From: an uncultured Bacilli bacterium
GTDB taxonomy: Bacteria > Bacillota_I > Bacilli_A > RF39 > UBA660
Assembly: GCA_934148535.1 (NCBI GenBank)
Contig: CAKPDF010000004.1
Coordinates: 32,169 to 96,168 of the forward strand
Length of the DNA stretch: 64,000 nt
Direction: 5' to 3'
Made by a program: the position numbers and the translations under genes. The number at the start of each line of letters is the position of its first letter. Position 1 is the stretch's first letter. The notes under the pieces were generated by a model. It made no database searches, was not told where the DNA came from, and saw only the letters and a program-made list of their open reading frames with translations. Shown here piece by piece: positions 59,189 to 64,000 of this stretch.

Positions 59189-60223
59189 ATGAATGTAAGA
59201 AGTATATTGAATGAACTTGATATATTATCAGCGTTATCAAATAATGAAAAATATTTATTTGAAGAAATACCAGAACTAAAGATAATGAAAAAATTTGATC
59301 AAAAACACCCTCATCACCATCTAGACCTATGGGAACATACTAAATTAGCATTATCTATTTCCCCTAATGATGAAATAATAAGAATGGCATTACTACTACA
59401 CGATATAGGAAAACCACATGTATATAAAGAAATAGATGGAATAAGACATTATCAAAATCATGCCAAAGTATCTTCTGATATATCTTATCAAATCTTAAAA
59501 AGACTAAACTTTAATGAAGATGAAATAAAACTAATAACATTCCTAATATTATTCCATGATACCAAAATAACAGAAGAAAATATAAAAGAAAATTATAATT
59601 TATATTATCTATTATATAAAGTACAGTATTGTGATGCCTTAGCACATAATCCAAATTATTTAGAAAAAAGAATTAAATACCTAGAAGATTTAAAAAAATT
59701 ATTTGAAACTTATTCCAATAATATTCAAATGGATAACCTAACAATGATAGCGGCAATAGGACTTAATAATGAATTAGGAAAAAATAATAGCCTTATCTGG
59801 CATCTAAAAGGAGATTTACAATTCTTTAAACAACAAACAATGGGTAAAAAAATAATAATGGGCTATAATACATTTGTTTCCTTACCACAACCATTAAAAG
59901 GAAGAGAACATTTAGTCTTAACTCATAAACAAATAGACCTAGGTAGTGATATAAAAGTATATCATTCCAAACAAGAATTATTAAAATCCCTAAAAGATTT
60001 AAAAGAACAACTATTTATAATTGGAGGAGCCTCTATTTATAAAGAATTCATGCCAAATGCAACTAAATTATTACTAACAGAAATAGAACAAGAAGACATA
60101 GAAGCAGATGCTTACTTCCCAACCTTTAATAAAGAACAATGGGAAAGAGAAACTCTTGAAAGAAAAGAAGATAAAGGTATAAAATATAGCCATGTATTAT
60201 ACAAAAGAAAGGTGAATTTATAA
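59189..60223 (+). CDS. folA: Two-domain protein: N-terminal HD-domain hydrolase fused in frame to C-terminal dihydrofolate reductase
   Basis: Residues ~1-180: H..LD.WEHT...LLLHDIGKP HD motif. Residues ~185-344: canonical DHFR (MIAAIGLNNELGKNNSLIWHLKGDLQFFKQQTMGKKIIMGYNTF...FIIGGASIYKEF). No stop codon or internal RBS between the two halves. Confidence 0.7.
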   Translation: MNVRSILNELDILSALSNNEKYLFEEIPELKIMKKFDQKHPHHHLDLWEHTKLALSISPNDEIIRMALLLHDIGKPHVYKEIDGIRHYQNHAKVSSDISYQILKRLNFNEDEIKLITFLILFHDTKITEENIKENYNLYYLLYKVQYCDALAHNPNYLEKRIKYLEDLKKLFETYSNNIQMDNLTMIAAIGLNNELGKNNSLIWHLKGDLQFFKQQTMGKKIIMGYNTFVSLPQPLKGREHLVLTHKQIDLGSDIKVYHSKQELLKSLKDLKEQLFIIGGASIYKEFMPNATKLLLTEIEQEDIEADAYFPTFNKEQWERETLERKEDKGIKYSHVLYKRKVNL

Positions 60224-60498
60224 TGAACAAAAAAATTGAATATATCCCAATAGGAGTATGCTCTAGAAAAATAGTAGCAGAAGTAGATAATAATAATAAC
60301 ATAACAAAAATAGAATTTACAGGCGGTTGTCCTGGAAACACAAATGCAGTAGCAAGATTATGTATAGGTAGAAACATAGATGAAATAATAAATCTATTAA
60401 AAGGCACACCATGTGGAATAAAAGAAACATCATGCCCAGACCAACTATCTATAGCGCTTACAAAATTAAAAGAAAAAAGTTTAATCACAAACAAATAA
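60223..60498 (+). CDS. TSCPD-domain small protein (four-Cys)
   Basis: Literal TSCPD motif (KETSCPDQLS) and GGCPGNTNAVARL. ATG overlaps the upstream TAA by 1 nt. Confidence 0.6.
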   Translation: MNKKIEYIPIGVCSRKIVAEVDNNNNITKIEFTGGCPGNTNAVARLCIGRNIDEIINLLKGTPCGIKETSCPDQLSIALTKLKEKSLITNK

Positions 60499-60529
60499 AG
60501 TACCACAAAATATATGGTACTTTTTATTA
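60497..60529. terminator. Bidirectional rho-independent terminator
   Basis: AGTACCA-N10-TGGTACT hairpin with TTTTTATT on + and an equivalent T-run on the minus side. Serves the TSCPD gene (+) and the yjcZ-like gene (-). Confidence 0.65.
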
Positions 60530-60546
60530 TCTCAAAATTATCTCAC

Positions 60547-60708
60547 TTAATTGCAACAACCATGTCTATTACCATTATTACCCCAGAATAATACAAAGAA
60601 AATAATTAAAACAACAATAATTATCCAAAGCCAATTTCCACCAAATCCATCATTATAACCATATCCACCGTATCCATATCCATAAGATGGATAACCATAT
60701 CCGTACAT
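60547..60708 (-). CDS. YjcZ-like tiny Gly/Tyr-rich sporulation-family protein, 53 aa. Not in the ORF track.
   Basis: Minus-strand ORF MYGYGYPSYGYGYGGYGYNDGFGGNWLWIIIVVLIIFFVLFWGNNGNRHGCCN with RBS AAAGGAG 9 nt upstream. GY repeats plus a single TM helix, as in the Bacillus/Clostridium YjcZ tiny-TM family. Confidence 0.5.
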   Translation of the reverse strand: MYGYGYPSYGYGYGGYGYNDGFGGNWLWIIIVVLIIFFVLFWGNNGNRHGCCN

Positions 60709-60844
60709 ATTATCATACTCCTTTCAATATATTATATCTTAGTCATATATAAACAATTATAACGGATACCTAAAAAGTAAAAAAACGTGTGACTTTTATT
60801 AGTATTTATGATATACTTATAAAAGTAAAGTAGCAGGTGATACA

Positions 60845-61156
60845 ATGGATATAATTTTAATAATTTTAGTAATAGCTTTAATAATAGTAGGAATATTTTT
60901 TAAAGATTTTAAAAGTGTAGTATATTTCCTAGGAATAATAGATATATTTTTTAGATTACTCCATAAATTAATAGAGTTAATTAATGTCAAACAAATAACA
61001 TCATTTGTTAATACTTATATACCATCATCATTAGAAATGATAATAAATAACTATTCCAGTGGAATATTAAATACAGTATTAATATGGGTATTATTTTTAG
61101 TATATATATACTTTGAAATATATCTGATAAAATATTGGATAAAGAAAAAGAAGTAG
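60845..61156 (+). CDS. Hypothetical small membrane protein
   Basis: Two hydrophobic helices. RBS AGCAGGTGA upstream. Confidence 0.3.
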   Translation: MDIILIILVIALIIVGIFFKDFKSVVYFLGIIDIFFRLLHKLIELINVKQITSFVNTYIPSSLEMIINNYSSGILNTVLIWVLFLVYIYFEIYLIKYWIKKKK

Positions 61157-61165
61157 GTAGTAAAA

Positions 61166-61681
61166 GTGGAATTAATAGTAAAAATAATATATTATCTAGC
61201 ATCAATACTATCAATCTTTTTATTTGTAATAAGTGTTCAACATAAAGAAAAGAAACATATACTATTAACTCAAGCATTTGCCACAATGTGCTATTTCATA
61301 ACATATCTAATAGTAGGAGCATACAGTGGATGTGCTGTAGAATTAATCGAACAAACAAAAGATTTTGTCTTTTATTCATATGAAAATAAAAATAAAAAAA
61401 TTCCATTAATATTATTAATAGTATTTGCATCCCTTTTAGTTTTAGTATCGATAGTAACATTTAATGGATTATATTCTCTAATTCCATTATTAATAAATTT
61501 AGCATACTTTATTTCTTCATATTTTAAAAATCCAAAACATATAAGAGTAGTAATGCTAATATGTGGTTTCATCTGGGCATACTATAACTTTAAAGTAGGA
61601 GCATATGTAATAATAATAGGTAATATATTAGAAATAATATCTGCATTCATCTCGTTAATAAGATATAAAGAAGAAAAATAA
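61166..61681 (+). CDS. YgjV-like inner membrane protein
   Basis: SVQHKEKKHILLTQAFATMCYFITYLIVGAYSG segment resembles the YgjV family consensus. 5-6 TM helices. Confidence 0.4.
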   Translation: MELIVKIIYYLASILSIFLFVISVQHKEKKHILLTQAFATMCYFITYLIVGAYSGCAVELIEQTKDFVFYSYENKNKKIPLILLIVFASLLVLVSIVTFNGLYSLIPLLINLAYFISSYFKNPKHIRVVMLICGFIWAYYNFKVGAYVIIIGNILEIISAFISLIRYKEEK

Positions 61682-61787
61682 AAGTATCGACCAGTGCTTA
61701 TATATAGCTCGGTCGTTTTTCTTTACTAAAATTAATTAATCGTATTAAAAAAATATTTAAGTAAATATTAATAAAGGTGATTACAAT

Positions 61788-62714
61788 ATGAAAGTAAAAT
61801 TAGGATATGTTGCAATAAGTAAAACAATAGAATTAACAGCAAGTACTAATTACACATATACACAATATCAAAAAAATAAAGACTTAAAATTATTAGATAA
61901 AGTAATAATATCTAACTTAGAATCATTAAAAGAAATAATTAAGTATAATATTGCAAACGATATTAAATTTTATAGAATATCCTCTAAAATAATTCCCTTA
62001 GCAACCAAAGATGATGTAAAATTTGATTATATTAATAAATATAAAAATTATTATCAACAAATATCAAAATTAATTAAAGAAAGTAATATGAGAGTAGATT
62101 TTCATGCAGATCAATACACAGTATTAAACAGTACTAAAAAAGAAGTAGTAGAAAACACCATAAAAACATTACAATATCACTATAACTTATTAGAATCATT
62201 AGACATATTAGATAAAGTAGTAGTATTACATGTAGGTAGTAATGTATTAGGTAAGAAAAATTCTAAAACAAGATTTATAAATAACTTTAAAAAATTACCA
62301 CAACATCTTCAAAATTTAATAGTAATAGAAAATGATGATAAAATATTTAATATAGAAGATGTAATAGAAATATCAAATGAAATAAATACTCCTATAGTAT
62401 TAGATTATCATCATCACTTATGTAATAAAAGTAGTAATATAGATTACCCTAAAATATTTAAAAGTTGGAAATCACAAACACCTAAAATGCATTTTTCATC
62501 TTCCAAAAACAAAAGAGAATTTAGAGCACATAATGATTATATAAATAGTAATGATTTTATAGATTTTTTAGAAAATATAAAAATATATAATCAAGATATA
62601 GATATTATGTTAGAAGCAAAAACCAAAGATGAAGCCTTATTTAGATTAGTAAGAGAACTAAAATATAAAACTAGCTATAAATTTATCAACGATACGACAT
62701 TTATAGTAGAGTAG
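61788..62714 (+). CDS. uvsE: UV damage endonuclease (UvsE/UVDE)
   Basis: Colinear with B. subtilis UvsE: MKVKLGYVAIS..., ...VVLHVGSN..., ...LIVIENDDKIF..., VLDYHHHLCN. Confidence 0.85.
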   Translation: MKVKLGYVAISKTIELTASTNYTYTQYQKNKDLKLLDKVIISNLESLKEIIKYNIANDIKFYRISSKIIPLATKDDVKFDYINKYKNYYQQISKLIKESNMRVDFHADQYTVLNSTKKEVVENTIKTLQYHYNLLESLDILDKVVVLHVGSNVLGKKNSKTRFINNFKKLPQHLQNLIVIENDDKIFNIEDVIEISNEINTPIVLDYHHHLCNKSSNIDYPKIFKSWKSQTPKMHFSSSKNKREFRAHNDYINSNDFIDFLENIKIYNQDIDIMLEAKTKDEALFRLVRELKYKTSYKFINDTTFIVE

Positions 62715-62720
62715 TAGAAT

Positions 62721-62750
62721 AACTAAGATTTATTTCTTAGTTATTTTATT
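62721..62750 (+). terminator. Rho-independent terminator of uvsE
   Basis: AACTAAG...CTTAGTT stem, then ATTTTATT. Confidence 0.5.
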
Positions 62751-62778
62751 ACAAAAAAAATCACCTAAACATAGGTGA
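62751..62778 (-). terminator. Rho-independent terminator of the Leu-Ser-fMet-Asp-Phe tRNA operon (minus strand)
   Basis: On the minus strand: TCACCTA-TGTT-TAGGTGA hairpin followed by TTTTTTTTGT. Confidence 0.65.
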
Positions 62779-62795
62779 CTTCATTATTTCCATCA

Positions 62796-62871
<76 letters not shown>

Positions 62872-62875
62872 ATAA

Positions 62876-62952
62876 TGGCGGTTCGTACGGGATTTGAACC
62901 CGTGATCTTCTGCGTGACAGGCAGACGTCATAGGCCTCTAGACTAACGAACC
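62876..62952 (-). tRNA. tRNA-Asp (anticodon GTC), CCA encoded
   Basis: Anticodon stem-loop TCTGC-CTGTCAC-GCAGA. Confidence 0.85.
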
Positions 62953-62954
62953 AT

Positions 62955-63031
<77 letters not shown>

Positions 63032-63040
63032 ATAAATTAG

Positions 63041-63133
63041 TGGCGGAGAAAAAGGGATTCGAACCCCTGCGCCGCTCTCGCGACCTCCCGGTTTTCAAGA
63101 CCGGTCCCTTCAACCAGACTTGGGTATTTCTCC
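63041..63133 (-). tRNA. tRNA-Ser (anticodon TGA), long variable arm, CCA encoded
   Basis: About 93 nt. Anticodon stem-loop CCGGT-CTTGAAA-ACCGG. Extra arm GGGAGGTCGCGAGAGCGGCGCAGG. Confidence 0.8.
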
Positions 63134-63138
63134 AAAGA

Positions 63139-63227
63139 TGGTGCCTAAGGTCGGACTTGAACCGACACGAGGGTTGAATCTCGCAGGATTTTAAGTCCTG
63201 TGCGTCTACCTATTCCGCCACTCAGGC
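63139..63227 (-). tRNA. tRNA-Leu (anticodon TAA), long variable arm, CCA encoded
   Basis: About 89 nt. Anticodon stem-loop CAGGA-CTTAAAA-TCCTG. Confidence 0.8.
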
Positions 63228-63265
63228 ATCGATATATTAACGCTATTATCCGCGTTGACTAGTTA

Positions 63266-63294
63266 ATTATATAACACTTTTTTTTATTTGACAA
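63266..63294 (-). promoter_or_regulatory. Sigma-A-type promoter of the second tRNA operon
   Basis: On the minus strand: TTGTCA (complement of 63289-63294), 17-nt spacer, TATAAT (complement of 63266-63271). About 38 nt upstream of tRNA-Leu. Confidence 0.55.
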
Positions 63295-63383
63295 CCATTT
63301 TTTGAAAAAAAATTAAAAAAAGTATAAAAATTTAACAAAAAGTGAATTAAAAACAAAAAATAAAAGAAGATAAAATAAATAAA

Positions 63384-63411
63384 TTGACAAAAATTTTATT
63401 TAGTATATAAT
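63384..63411 (+). promoter_or_regulatory. Sigma-A-type promoter of the downstream gene
   Basis: TTGACA (63384-63389), 16-nt spacer, TATAAT (63406-63411). RBS AGAGGTGG and ATG at 63433 follow. Confidence 0.55.
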
Positions 63412-63432
63412 TAAAATAAGAGGTGGTAAGAC

Positions 63433-64000
63433 ATGATAGAGTACGCAAATGAAAGAGTAACCAAAAGTTTAAAACAGTATGACATGCTACTAAAAAGTTT
63501 AAAATATATACCAAGTAATGAAGAAAAAACTGCAATATATTACCAAATGACAAAAATAACAGAGCAGATTCTTGCACTTACTAATGAAGTATATGAAAGA
63601 CAATATAATAAATTACTTGCAAAGAAAACATTTTTAATGGCAGAAGAAAAAAATAAATTATTAGAAATAATTAGTTTAATTAACGAAAGAAAGGCTTATA
63701 TTACAAATCAAATATCAAGTAATAAAGAAATAACTGCCTTTGATATAACTTTTCCTGAAATATTAGGAGAAGAAGAGTTAGAAAATTATAAAAAGAAAGT
63801 AAAAGTTATCGAAAAATATAATAGTAATATAAAGCAACATTCAACTTTAGTAGAAGAAATACAGGATTTAAATAGTAAAATAGAGCGTGCTAAAACAAAA
63901 ATAGAAAATAACAAATACTTAAATGTACAACTAGAAAATAAAATGAAAAAGATATTAGCTAGTGCTTTTGAAAAGCTAAATCTAGAAGAATTAAAAGAAA
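63433..64000 (+). CDS. Hypothetical coiled-coil protein, N-terminal ~189 aa. Continues beyond the window.
   Basis: Open frame from the ATG at 63433 to the window end with strong RBS and promoter. Absent from the ORF track because no stop falls within the window. Confidence 0.5.
   Translation, partial: MIEYANERVTKSLKQYDMLLKSLKYIPSNEEKTAIYYQMTKITEQILALTNEVYERQYNKLLAKKTFLMAEEKNKLLEIISLINERKAYITNQISSNKEITAFDITFPEILGEEELENYKKKVKVIEKYNSNIKQHSTLVEEIQDLNSKIERAKTKIENNKYLNVQLENKMKKILASAFEKLNLEELKE

Overview
This is a 64-kb chromosomal segment from a very AT-rich, low-GC Firmicutes genome. No rRNA, CRISPR array, integrase or IS element with terminal inverted repeats was found.

Firmicutes markers include dnaD-nth, recU-ponA, a PolC-type Pol III, the ecfA1-ecfA2-ecfT-truA module and the Gram-positive sufC-sufD-sufS-sufU-sufB cluster. 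Scattered sporulation-type genes (yunB-like, a CwlD-like Amidase_3, a CotS/APH-like protein, a YjcZ-like tiny Gly/Tyr protein) point to an endospore-forming Clostridia/Bacilli-like organism.

Most of the window is housekeeping: thrS (3' part), cca, nth, truA, parC, murF, a C-terminal processing protease, asnS, a class A PBP, polC, valS, htrA, rlmD/rumA-like and uvsE. There are two minus-strand tRNA operons (Val-Thr-Tyr-Gln-Lys and Leu-Ser-fMet-Asp-Phe), each with a good sigma-A-like promoter and a rho-independent terminator.

Accessory or unusual content:
1. A complete agr-type quorum-sensing locus, with LytTR regulator plus AgrC-like kinase on the + strand converging on agrB-agrD on the - strand. 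The 40-codon agrD is absent from the ORF track.
2. A HipA-like kinase gene with its own promoter and terminator, inserted between sufU and sufB.
3. A two-gene block of unknown function between truA and a parC that has no parE upstream in this window.
4. An Abi_2 abortive-infection gene next to a Zn-phospholipase-C-like gene.
5. An Rpn (Transposase_31/PD-(D/E)XK) nuclease gene after polC.
6. An in-frame HD-domain/dihydrofolate-reductase fusion followed by an overlapping TSCPD-domain gene.
7. A decayed duplicate of the amidase 3' end next to a perfect 12-bp inverted repeat.

Many short minus-strand ORFs in the supplied track are AT-rich antisense artefacts.
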